Positions 9,419-21,490 of a stretch of DNA of 64,000 nt are shown one piece after another. This DNA is from Lama guanicoe. Lineage: Eukaryota. Position numbers and translations under genes: made by a program. The DNA lies in assembly GCA_013239625.1 (NCBI GenBank), contig MU053379.1, positions 3,987,229 through 4,051,228 on the forward strand, read 5' to 3'. Below the pieces are notes generated by a model that searched no databases, was not told the origin of the DNA, and saw only the letters and a list, made by a program, of their open reading frames with translations. Every line of letters begins with the position of its first letter. Position 1 is the stretch's first letter.

Positions 9419-12400
9419 GCGTCTGAGCAAGGCTCTTCTTCCACGTGCTGGTTTTCAGATCAACTTGTTTTGTCAGCTATACACCAACCCCTTCTCGCTC
9501 CTGCTCGGCAGTATCAGGGCACACGTGCGTGCCTTATGCTGGGTGCCATTTTCCTCAGACAGTGAGATCAAGGACGGGGAAAGCCAGAAGTGCCCGCCGG
9601 AGACGGGGGTGGAGGGGCGCCCAGAAGCAGCCGCGCTGCATCCCGACCGCGTGCGGGGGCACGGGGCCTACCCACGTGTTACATTCATGGGACTACACGC
9701 CAGAAAAAAAAAGTCTGTTTTCCTATACGTTCGTTTAAAAAGAAAAGCTATTAAATCTTTCTCATGTGCTAGAAAAATATAAAGGAAAAACACTTTTTCC
9801 CCAAAATTTTTGCAAAAGGTTAAAGAAAGTTACCTGGCCTGAGTTCATGTAAGTCTTAGAAGGATGACTCACATGGAAACTGCAGATGAAAAGCCAGCAC
9901 ATACGGTGGGGTGGGGGAGTCCCCTGACAGCCGGGCCAGCCAGGGCTCTGAGGACAGTAGCTGGGGGTCCCGGAAGCCCAGCAGGTCTCCGGGTGCCGGC
10001 CCCTCGCCCCGCAGCGGCGCCGGGAGAAGCCGCAGCCCGTGGTCCACCCTGGCTACACGCTCCAAACACTTCAAGGACTTTCAGAGCATACTCCCGCCCA
10101 GGCTGCCCCCAAGATTGAGCATATCGGAGACACTGGGACCGACTCAGGCATCCATATTTTTAAGTTTCCCAGCTGGCCAGACATTCAGCTGAGTTGGAGA
10201 AGCCATGCGCAGGAGCAGAGGCAGGCGCAGGCCCTGAGTCCAGCCAGGCCAGGTGCCCAGAGGATGCAGGCGAGCTGGGCAGGGGCACTGGGCAGGGGGG
10301 GTCCAGTGAGCACAGACAGACCAGGCAGGAGGCCCTTCCAGTGCCCAGTCCCCAGGTGAGGGTGGGGCAGCCTGAGGTGATGGTGGAGCTGGAGCGAGGC
10401 CCACAGGTGGGGAACCTGAGCAGGTGAGGTCCACCTCGGAGCTTGCGCGGTCCAGCCAGGAGGGAGCGGAGGGAACGGTGGGTCAGGGGGCCCCTCCAGA
10501 CCCTCAGCGGGACTCCTGGGCCTGATTTGTGTTCCGTCGGCAAATTGATTTAGTGTCGCCATCCACGGTGAGACCCAGAGGGCGCGGGCAGGAAACTCAC
10601 CTGAGCAGCAATAAACAGCCCGGCTCATGGGGCCCGCTCTCCGCGGGAGCAGGCTCGCCTGTAATGACCTCCAACGTGGAAAGAAAAAGAACATTCACAT
10701 CCTGACTCTAAAGTTCTCTCCTCGCCCCGTGAGTCAGTACATAAACTTTGATTCCGACGTTGGCAGGACTGTCAGCAGCTCGTATGTCACGAGCAGAGCG
10801 CCGAGGCTCCCCGTGCCCGCCGGCGGCTGCTTCTGCCACCTTCCCCGGGGGCCGGCGCCTCCTTCGTGGAAACCTCAGGGGCCCCGGGCAGTGCGGCGGA
10901 GGGGAGAGTGCACACAGCACAGACCTTTGCCTCAGGCCCTGATCGTGGCGGAGCGTCGGGGCCAGGCCGGTCGCTGCCTCCCACTCTGGGCACGTGTCAC
11001 AGGTGGCCATCTGCACTCCTCTCAACGTGGGTCACCTCAGCCCCTCGAGGCCAGGGCTGCAGCTCGCAGGGTCCCCGCTGACAGCCAAGCTGGGAGCAGC
11101 CAGAAGATTAGCCAGGATCAGCAGACACAGATGCGAACGACAAATAAAGTGGAAGCAGGAGACAGGTGGCTCCCACTCCTCCTAGGGCCATAGCTGCTCC
11201 TAACCCAGCTCTCCTCCTGAGCTCCTCAGATCCAGGCGCTTCCTGCCGCAGGGCTTGAGGAAGAAGGCCTTGGGGTGGTCAAAGGCCCCGGGGTCCGCAG
11301 GCCGAGTCCCCGTCCCTCCCCGCCCACCTCTTGTGGGCGTGGTCCTCCCAGTAGGGACAGTCAGTGCCACCACCGGTGCCCGTGACGTTAAGACAGAACT
11401 CCACACCGCCGTTAACGAGTTAAACTCACTCACACAATATCAGCTTCACCACCTAAAACCAGGCCCGTCCTGACGCGTCGGTGGGTGACAGGTTAGGGAG
11501 CAGGGACCACGGTGTGGAACGCACACTCCGCGTCCCCACTGAAGAAACCCCCCACCCACAGCCCCCTTGAAGGGCCAGGTGTACGATGGTCCAGCGATGG
11601 TCAGGTGGGGCTGGAGTAACCAGAGGTGTTTGAAGGCCTTGGAGTCTCATTATAATTGACACAGCCGGCGTTTGGTGCTAGGTAGTTTATGAGGATGAAA
11701 ATGAAATTACAGGACATAAAATATTAAAAAACTAATCAATATTGTATAACCAGGAAGCCTGGGAATTGAAGGGACTTCTCACGTGCTCCGTTTGAGGCCT
11801 GAATGCCAGGGTTCGGCACAGGCAGAGAAAGCTGGAGTTCAGGTTATGCCCACGTGACCTCATCCAAGGGGGACCCTCCTCCCCGAGCCTGACATCCCAG
11901 ACGCAGACTGACTTCTGCCCCTGCCCCGTCTCCCTCGCATGTGCGTCCTTACTCTCTCTGATGGCCATGTGCAGTGAGCGGCCAGCCTGGAAGGACAGAG
12001 GACTGGCTCATCCTGGATCAGCTCAGAAGTTCAGCCTAACTCCAGGGCTGCCCTTCGCTCGGCAGAGGCTGGCCCTGGGGTGCATCACAGCCCAGCGCTC
12101 CCACTGCCCATGGGTGTTAATCCCAAGGGTGCTTTCTAAAAAGATGCCCCAGTGTGCTAATCTCCGCCTTGAAATCTGTCTCCCGTGACCCCAACGCACA
12201 GCAGATGCAAAGGGATCAGGGTGCTGATGGAGATGGTGAGGCCAGAAGAAGGGACACTGGGAAAATCTGGTACCAAGTGGTCCCATCCACGAAACCCAAG
12301 GGTCAGCGGAAGGAGCTGATCTGGAGGGGATTTGCTGGGTTTGGTCTCAGGCATGTTGCGTTTAACTCTGAAAGACCTAAGGAGCCCACGGGATTTGGTG

Positions 12401-12700
12401 CCCCTAACGTGAGGACGACTGGCTTTACCCACTTTTGCAACAGCCCTGCCCCCGTAGCCACAGACTGGGCTAGTCCTTGTTCATAACCACGGCCGGGGGT
12501 CCGAGCACCCTCGGGAGGATGTGCTACTGGAGAGGAAGAGCTTTGTCTCCTCTGGTCCTGGAGCCTCTGATGGGAGCCCCTGACCTGCAGGGGCCGAGTG
12601 TGTAGGGGGGAGAAGAAAGACCACACCGAGGGATCGTGAGGAAGCCCCAGTGCGCCCAGACCCTGCCGTGTCCGCCTGGCTCTCAGGCCTCCCTGTCGTC

Positions 12701-13705
12701 TGCAAGCAGGTGGAATTCCAAGGTGACCCCACATCCCACCCTCTGGTGTGCAAACCCTGTGTGGTCCCCCCAGGTCCCAAGTGGAGTGGGACCTCAAATA
12801 CGGCAGGAGAGCACCCCTGTGATTAGTTTACATTATCTGCAAAGGCAGAGGGGTGGTCTCAGCTGGGATTATGTCACCTTATATAAAACCTTTTCTTTTT
12901 AAAAAAATTATTGAAGTGCAATTGATGTACAACATTAGCTTCAGGTGCACAGCAAAGTGATTCAGTTGTACAGGTGCATGCATATATGTTTTTTCTTTTC
13001 AAATTCTTTCCCACTGTAGGTTATCAGAAGACACTGAACACAGTTCCCTGTGCTGCACAGCAGGTCCTTGCTGTTTCTCTGTTTTATACGCAGTAGTGTG
13101 TGTCTGCTAATCCCAAACCCCTAACGCACCCCTCCCCGCCCTTTCTGCTTTGGTGACCATAGTTTGTTTTCTACTTCCATGAGTCTGTTTTTGGCCTGTA
13201 AACATAGTTTGTGTCATTTTGTTTAGGTTCCCCCTGTAAGTGATACCCCATGATACCTGTCTTTTTCTGACCTACTTCACTTAGTGTGATCATGTCTAGG
13301 TCCAGCCATGTTCCTGCAATGGTCTTACTATACGACCCCATCTTAGCAGACTGTGGAGGGTCATGTGTTAGCCTTGAAGAAACACACTGCCCTGCTGTGG
13401 AGACAGACACCCCAAGGTGGCCTCAAGTTGCTGGAAATGGTCCCAGTGCACAGCCATCCAGAAAACATGGACCTTAGTCACACAGGCAGGAGGAACCGGA
13501 TTTTGCCAACAGCCCGAGTCAGGCTGGAAGAGGGCTTGGAGCTCCAGGTGCGACTGCACCTGGCTGACACTTGACTTCGGTCTGGTAGGTCCCCAAGCAG
13601 AGGACCTGGATTCCTGACCCACGGGCACTGGGAGTTAGCAGAAGTACGTTTCCCTGAGCCACTAATTTGTGGTTGTTTGTTACACAGCAGCAGGAAACGA
13701 ATACA
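12701..13705 (+). mobile_element. MLT1 (ERVL-MaLR) solo LTR, MLT1E-like, interrupted by an L1
   Basis: Ends with the canonical ttgtggttgtttgttacacagcagcaggaaacgaataca; internal catcttagcagactg...gccttgaaga and gattttgccaacagcc motifs; 5' part gaattccaaggtgacccc...gtgattagtttacattat. Confidence 0.75.
12891..13322 (-). mobile_element. L1 3' fragment nested in the MLT1 LTR
   Basis: Complete L1 3' UTR in reverse with a T-tract at 12891-12900; ORF 13171-13410(-) contains AGTWLDLDMITLSEVGQ (ORF2 end); degenerate TSD ttatataaaacc / ttactatacgacc. Confidence 0.9.
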
Positions 13706-16303
13706 CTGTCCCCACCACGTCTGTACCCGGGAGACTCCACTTTCCCTCTTAAATTTACACGAGTCAATTGTCTTCATTCTTCAGTGATGGGCGTTTGGGA
13801 GATGAGCTGACCATAGGAATATAGAGAAGCAAGCAAGCCGGCAGCTAGGGACCTAGGAGCTCCGGGGAGACAGCACCTCCGCGGTGCGTGATGCTGCTGC
13901 TGAAAAAGACCTGAGCGTCCCACCTGGAGGAGGCCGAGCGGATACCTGCCTGGACCCAAAGAAACAAAAATGACCCACAGGTCATTTCCAGCCACGAAAC
14001 AGTGTGTGTGTGCCCTGACTGAGTGCAGATGAGGGGAGCCTCCTTCAGTTGCTACTTACGGGCCGGGGTGGAGGCAGGCAGGGTGGGGGCAGGCGGGGCG
14101 CCCACGAGGCTCTGTGGGTGGTGCGCCGAGCGTGGGCTCCATCCCCACTGTCACTGTGTTACCTGCCCTGCGTAAGGAGAAACGGGATTCTGCATTCAGA
14201 GAACGCTGGCAGGAGACCTAGGAGTGAGACAGTCTAGCCCCATGTTCCAGTAACAAGGAGAAGAGAGCTGGAGGGCAGGACAGCAGGGCCGGACTTGAAC
14301 TCAGCTCTCGGGGCGGGGCTCCGGGACCCCCACACCTCCTCCCCCCACCGCACACCGCGCCCCTCGGGAGGCGGGCGGCACGTGTGTCTCTGAGAGCTCG
14401 GGCCTCTTGCTCTGACGGCTGTTTGATGGAGTTCTTTTATAGAGCTATGCTTTATTAAACTAATTTTTAATGTGATTCAAAGCCCCAGTGTGAAATATGA
14501 GAAGAGAGTCATAAACCATCTTGGGGGGAAATATTAGGGAAAGTGTGGCTGTTGTAAAATTCTTTCTAGGGCGTAGGTTCCCGAGGGGAAGGGAGGTGGG
14601 GGGACGGGGCCCCTCCTGCCCCATCGCCTCCCTGTTGGATGCTGTTCTAGGAAGGAGCAAACTTCTGGAGCATCTTCACGGTGGCTCTACATGACCACAC
14701 ACCAGAACCTCGTGTGAATTTATTTAAAAACATGATTATTATTCCATAAGTCAGGGTAGAGTCTTGGTAATAATCTTTGCCAAAAATCTCCACGAATGCC
14801 ACGAATCTTGCCAAGGGATCCGGCAGAAGTCGGATCAGGCGTTTGGATCCAGCTGCCAGACTTCAGGAAATACGGTGGAGGGAGGCGTTGACTGTGTCGC
14901 GAGGGCGCAGCCTGCCAAACGCAGACCGTGGAAACTGCGGGCCCCACAGCCTGCGTCCTTGGCGGATAGACTGAAATAAAAAAAAAAAAAGGGTGGGGAA
15001 GGGACTTATAAATCAGAAGGGACTTAAACGACACTTCAAGTTTGAAACAATGTGAAGAAAGATTTACTGTCAAAGTGAGACGAGGTGGGTGTTTGCAGGG
15101 AGACGGCTGAGCCCGCACGGGGACACGGGGCCCCAGCCACGCTCTGCTTCTTCACTTGGGTCCAGGCACAAGGCCGCTCCCTCAGCTCGCTAACTTTCAT
15201 TTGTTTTGTGTAGCTTTCTGTATTTGTGTTTCATTTTACAATAAGAAGTTGAGAAGAACCCCCCCGCCCCGAGGTGGCTGTGATTTAGAAGTAGAGCATC
15301 TTTGCCCGGCCACGCGCCAGTCTTCACACCAGGGACGCGCACGTCCCCTCCAGCTAACTGGAATGGATCTGGGGGAGCACACTGAGTTATGTCCACCTTA
15401 TAATTCAGGAAGCTGCACCCCAGCTGCGTTTTGCTGGTGTTACAACTAAATGTTGTTGAAAACTCCGGTTTTGCTGGAGGGACGCTGTGGGCGGGGACCG
15501 GGTGAAGAGGCTCAGGCTAACCCCTTCCTCTGGTGCCACAGCATTCTAGAACACAGGAACCAGAGCCTCCTCGGAGGCCACCGGCCACAAACACCCCTGC
15601 ACTGCTCAGCGAGCACGCTCAAGCCCGGAGCAGACCTAGCGCACAGCTGGCCGCGCGGACGGTGCACGTGCCCCCAGGCTCTCTGACTCTCCACCTGGTG
15701 CTTAGGAAAAGGAACTTCCGTTTCCTGACCCCTGAAAATGTCTTCCCCTTTACCTACATGAATCCATTTAATCCTCCGCCACCTCGTAGAGGAATAACAA
15801 TTGGGGCTCAGGGCGAGGGAGCATTCCCAGTCGTGGCTTGAAAGTGACAGGGCTGGAATCTGATCCGTGACCCCCGTATCTGTTCTGAGAGGGCTTGTCC
15901 GGCCTGTGACCCCCAAGGAAACCGTCCTGATAATGGGCTGGTCACCCCCCTGATGCCCGAACCCCAGACCCCCAAGGGGTGTTCTCTGCTCTCCCAAGGG
16001 CCTGACTCCCGGCTTCATCAGCGGGATTCCTTTGCCCTCTGGCTGCTGCATGGATTCAGGCAACGAGGGGCTCTAGAGAGACCAGAGGGTGGGAAGGCAG
16101 AGCGGGCGGGGTGTTTCTCCCACTGTGGTCTCTCCGCTTCCGTGCAGACCCGGACCGGGTCCTCAGTTGCACCCCCAACCCCCTTCAGAGGCAGAAATGG
16201 CTTCCCAGGCTGCCTGTCCCTGGAAGCCCCCACCTTCCCTCTGTGTTCCCTGAGCTGTGCACACACTCTGGCAAAGAGTCACATCATTAAACTCTTTCAT
16301 CAA

Positions 16304-16694
16304 AACTGTTTTGGGTATTTTTCTGAAGAAAGCAAAGACACTAACTCAAAACGGCACATGACCCCCATGTTCCCTGCAGCATTGTTTACAACAGCCAAGA
16401 CACAGAAACAGCCCAAGTGTCCAACCAAGTGATGGGGGAATGGATAATGACGATGAGGTGTACACACACAATGGAATATTACTCAGCCCTAAAAAAGAAT
16501 GGACTCTCGCCTTTTGTGACAACATGGACGGACTTCAAGGGCATCCTGCTCAGTAAAGTGAGTCAGACAGAGACAGACAAGCACCATTCGGCCTCATTTA
16601 TATGTAAAATCTAAAATTTGTACATTGTGTGTGTGTGTGTGTGTGTGTGTGCACGTGCGCACTCTTAGATGCAGAATGGTAGTTACCAGTGGGG
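16304..16694 (+). mobile_element. L1 ORF2 3' fragment
   Basis: Peptides TPMFPAALFTTAKTQKQPKCP and HTMEYYSALKKNGLSPFVTTWTDFKGILLSKVSQTETDK match the L1 ORF2 C-terminus, frameshifted. Confidence 0.9.
16626..16651. repeat. (TG)13 microsatellite
   Basis: Directly visible. Confidence 0.95.
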
Positions 16695-17864
16695 ACACTG
16701 GGAGAACACTTTTTTGTTTAAATGAATTGAAAAACACTGATTAGAAGTCACTTTCCCACCAAGACCCAGACTGACACAAAAACCGACCACACACAGAGAC
16801 GAGGGAGCATCCATCTTAGTCCACAGTCTCAGGGATAAAAGTCATGTTTTCTCTTTTACATCTTTTCTCTGTTAAACCCAGCTCTGGGATGCATGAGATT
16901 GGCTGGCAGGACACACCCTGTAAGATTTTACTGAGCTCTCTTTTCACCCCTGAGTCTATATGAAAAATTCAGGGGTCTGATGCTCAGCAAACTGTTCTGA
17001 GAGACCCCTCTGTCTTCAGGGGATGCTGGTCACCTCTGTGACCCCACTGTCCAGTGCACATGGACCCTTGAAGTCTGGAGGTCCTGCCACGCTGGGAGCT
17101 CGGCCATTCTGGGCCCCAGGGCTCAGGTCCAGCCCCTCAGGTGTCCCCTCAATCCTGCTCTGGTCTCCAGAGGTCCTGTCATGTCCTCAGGGCCATCCAA
17201 GGGAGAGGACAAGGCCTCACCACCCAAGAAACCCTGGGTGTCTTTCCCCTCTGTCTCAAATTGCACACCCAATTTTGGCCCTGAGTCCACATCTCTGGAG
17301 TCAGGAAAGATCAGGGAGCTAGGCCGTTTGCTTGAGCAGGAGAAGACCAGGAGAAGAGAGGAAAACACAGCGACAAGATGCAGAGGAATGGGGTATCACG
17401 CTTGCAACGCCGTCAGAGCCCAGAAACCCGAGTGGGCTCCTCACTTCCTTGGCGAGCGCCAGGGGACCGGACAGCCCTCACTGCCCTGGAAACCGGTCTC
17501 GAAGGAGAACGGCAGCCGATGGACCCTGCAGACCCTCCGCAGGCAGGGCAACACGGGAGTCTGGGTGCTTCCAGCTGCGCCGAGATGCAGCTGCCGTGCA
17601 ACTTTGCGTGCGTTGAAGGCGTAGAAGGGATGGTTTGGTGCACTCACACACGGCGAATTCTGCTGCACCCAGGCAGCGGCCCCGCTAAGGGAGGAATCAC
17701 CTCTTGGTGCCAATTGTTTTGTCATAATTCCCTGCAGACCCATGTGTTTTCACTCTGTGAATCTTTGCATTTGCACGTCTGCCTTCCTGTGCCAATGAAT
17801 ACACAGCTGCTCCAGTGCGTCTCCAAGAAGGGCCCCCGCCAGGTGCTCCATGAATTATTGAGGC

Positions 17865-17975
17865 ACATTTAAAAATACAGATTCCTGAGCTTTTCTTTCC
17901 ACTGAATCAAAACCTTGCAGAGTATGGAAGAATCTGTTTTAAACAGACTTCTGGAGTGACTGCTATCTGCAGTTT
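17865..17975. mobile_element. MER5-like hAT-Charlie fragment
   Basis: aaaatacagattcctgagc...actgaatcaaaac...gaatctgttttaaacagacttctggagtga resembles MER5. Confidence 0.4.
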
Positions 17976-17984
17976 GTGTGGATA

Positions 17985-18175
17985 GCCATCAATTTGCCAC
18001 ACTGGAACATTCCAACCTGTGTCTTACGCCAGCGTCTGAGTTACTCAGCCTGTGTCCTGCTGGGGGACGTGGAGGCGAGCTCTGATTCTTCTCCGTGATG
18101 CCGTGCATATCACATGTAACATCATATATTGTTTTCTTCGGACAGATTCCTGAAAGGTGGGGTGCTGGGTGCCGG
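17985..18175 (-). mobile_element. Old L1M fragment (ORF2 3' region)
   Basis: Minus-strand peptide HPAPHLSGICPKK resembles L1 ORF2 DPAIPLLGIYPK; DNA gattcctgaaaggtggggtgctgggt. Confidence 0.45.
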
Positions 18176-20592
18176 GCTCCTAGACACACGCAGGTGCGGC
18201 TGGAGGTGCTGAGATGAGGGTGCTGGCTGACAGCTGAGCAACTGACTCAACCAACACCCTACTTTGCCCCAGACCCTGTGCTGCCCACCCGGGCCGCCAG
18301 CCCTGCACCTGCCGTGCTCAGAGACGGTCCCAGCTGACCAGCCTGGCGGGTGGTCTGGGTGGCTGCCCACGGATGAATCTCTGTGGGGAGGACTCGGGAG
18401 GGAGCCATGTGGGGAAGGGGAGCTGCCCCCAGCGGGACCCCCAGGGCGGCTCACAGTCCAGATGGGACTCAGGCAGGTGGGTTTCACAGCCCTGCCTTCC
18501 CTTCCTCTGGTCAGAGGACCACGACACCAGGTGCCGGGGCCATCATCCCGGATGGCACTCTGTCTCAGCCTTGAGTTCCTTGCACTGCAGCTGGGGAGAC
18601 AAAATTGGAGACCAGGGAAATAGGGAAGGAGCCAGACCTCCTGGAAGGTCACAGAGGGAGTCACCAGAAAGGTGGTGTCTTCTGTTATCCAAAAGGGAAA
18701 CTTTTTAAATTATGAGAAGAATACAGAGTTACAAAGGGATACACAGAAGCACAGGGCAGTCTCAGAAGCCCAGCACTCCCGCCGTCCTCTAACACAGCCA
18801 CCACGGTGTTCTGGACTCTGAAGATTCGTACTAGAAAGGTGCACACGTACGTCGGCACGCAGCGAGACCGTACTCCACCGTCCTTTCAATAAACCGGTTC
18901 TCATTCAGCAGCCGAGCACGGGCGTTTCCCACGCCGGGGATGGACGGCCCCTGCCCAGAACGGTGTTCGTGGCCGTGGGGTGGTCACACCGCAGGCGGCC
19001 CGGGAGGTGGCTAAGCTCGGCTCACACCCTCGCTGCAGGCCGGGGCGGGGTCACGGGCGACGAGGCCGGGCTCTGCCGCGCCCTGCCAGGTGCCCCCCCG
19101 CCCCCCCCACCCCGGCACCTGTGTGTCCTCATGAAAACCTAGCACCGTAATAGGTTATTCCAGAAAACCTGGAATGCAAATACCAGGAAAGCTCAAGTTA
19201 CCCATAGCCCTGCTAGCGCTGTAGCCAGACACTAAAACTGGAGAAACGCTTTCCTGAAGAAGATTCCAGGCGTCAGAGCTTGGCCAAGCGGGAGCCACCT
19301 CTCAGGGAGTTGGCTGCTGCCGCCCTCTCGTGGCAACTGGAGGTACTGCACCAAGGAGACCCTGGAAAGCTGGGAACTTGTTCTGTTACTTGCGGTCCAT
19401 CCAATCGTGGTTGTGAAACCCCCGGGTCTTTGAAAAGGTGCTAAACGTTCTCATGATTAGAGAGGGCTTAACAGAGTGGCATGGCATAGAGCCAGGGAGT
19501 CATGCCTCAAACTGCACCGCTGATTTTTGTCTGGAGCCAGCGACGGCCATTTTCAGAGATCCACGCTGCTGCTGGCAGCACAGAGACACGCAGCACTGAG
19601 AGTCCACGGGCGCTCACCCGGCAGCTACACGCCAGGGGTCGCGCCCGCCCCACGGCCTTAATGCCCCACTGTCCTCCAGGCACTCTGAGCTGCAGTCCGG
19701 GAGGGCCTGCGAACACCCACTGCTGCCCGGTTAATTTCACTCCGGCGGGGAGGCCCGGCAGAGGCTTTACGTGGCCCCTAGGAAACGGCAAGCTGACATC
19801 TGAGGGGGCATCCTGGCTGCCCCTTCCAGGTTCAAAAGCCCGAGAAGCCCTCACTTGAGTCAGAACAACTCCAGCCACTTGAACGAAAGTGGCAACAAGG
19901 TGCTGAGGGATGTCGGATGGCTGCCAAGTCGTACCCAGCTCACGCACACCAGGGCAACTGCAAAGTTGTCCCCTGACTACTTTCGGAGGGAAAAAAATGG
20001 GTCCCAGAAAAGAAGCAAATGTTTGTCTTTGGGTGTGTTCACTCTGCCTCAAGGACGTGTGGATCATTTGTTGGGTTGGGACCTGCACAATTGTCTTGAG
20101 ATGCTGGGCAGGTGGGGGTGGGAGAAGCTTGGAGCTGCACGGCCCTCAGTGGTGGGGGGAGCAGAGGACCCTGGAAAGATGAAGAAGGAAGAGGAGGCTG
20201 TTGAGAAAGGCGGGTGAGGAGGGGTGGGGGGGAGAGGGGAAGGAGGGGGAGCAGGGATGGAGGCAAGGGAGCAAGGGTGGAAAGTACTAAACTTCCCCAG
20301 TTCAGCAGGCCTATGGAGATGTGTTTCCTCCCCTGAGAGCACTGTTCACCTGTCCCTGTGGCTTCTTTGCTGAACTAACTCATCCATCAGGTCTTAGCTT
20401 GAACCTCATCCCTCCAGAGCCCCTCCTGGTCTCCCCAAATCCAGGCACATGGCTTCTCCTCTGGGCTCCACTAACATCTCGTACTCCTCCCAAAGTCTTG
20501 GTCCCACTCCGTGCAGTTTCCGGTTTGCTGGACGGCATCCCCTCTCAGGCTCCAAGCCCTGAGCAAACGGAGAGGAGGGGGCTCCTTCCAGG

Positions 20593-20753
20593 GCGCCACC
20601 TCCAGCGTCTACACCACAGCGCCACCTTCAGCGTCTACACCACAGCGCCACCTCCAGCATCTACACCACAGCGCCACCTCCAGCGTCTACACCACAGTGC
20701 CACCTCCAGCGTCTACACCACAGCACCACCTCCAGCATCTACACCACAGCGCC
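20593..20753. repeat. 26-bp minisatellite, ~6.2 copies of gcgccacctccagcgtctacaccaca
   Basis: Directly visible; units differ by at most 1-2 substitutions. Confidence 0.97.
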
Positions 20754-21264
20754 CTTATGACATGGAGTCAATGAGTGCATGAACTTTTGGGTGGATTACC
20801 AACAAACACGTAATGAATCATGAATTACTAACCTAATAAATTTTAATTTTTATGCTTATTATTTGGGATGAAAATGCTCTTCATCGTGACTAAATGTCTA
20901 CACAGGTAGTGACAGTCTGATTCAGGTCACTTTGACAAAATTGTGTCAAAACTGCACCACAACTTGGCAACTTCCAAATCACTGCTGATAAGACAAACTC
21001 AGGCTTGTCTATGTAGTTCAGGTTTTTCCTCAACCAGGGAAAAGCAGGCCGTGGGTCCGCGCATGTGTGCACCGCGCCGCCACGCCGGGCGCTGGGAGGG
21101 CAGGCCTGCGGGACGGGGCGACTTTTATTCCTTCCTTTACGACCTGTGAGACTTAGCCATGTGCCTTTTACTGTCAATAAATGTTTTCTGAATTGAAACC
21201 CAGATCTAAGTCTCTGAAACACAAGATTTATTTCATTAAAAATGTATGTATTACAGGGAATAGT

Positions 21265-21490
21265 GAGAAAAACACAAACTTTGAGCGCAGACGGACGGGG
21301 TTCAGGTCTGCTGCTTGCCAGCTAGAACCATCGGCAAGTTGCTTAACTTCCACGAGCTTCAGGTTCACATTCTGCATCTTGGAAATAGTAGCTTCTACTT
21401 TGTAAAAGTAACTGGCGTGGGAAAAGTGATTGCTAAGGTGTGTGGACTTTATTACGCAGCACATCATGTGTAATTATTGTCATTGTTAAC
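21265..21490 (+). mobile_element. MIR-like fragment (mostly duplicated at ~23787-23995)
   Basis: ggggttcagg...ggcaagttgcttaacttccacgagcttcaggttcacattctgca resembles the MIR core. Confidence 0.45.

Noticed and set aside
8765..9565. Long ORFs of 180-221 aa spanning 8.8-9.6 kb
   Set aside because: Their length is an artefact of translating through the N gap
20593..20753. CRISPR-like appearance of the 26-bp repeat
   Set aside because: Units are directly adjacent with no unique spacers, there are no cas genes, and the context is mammalian
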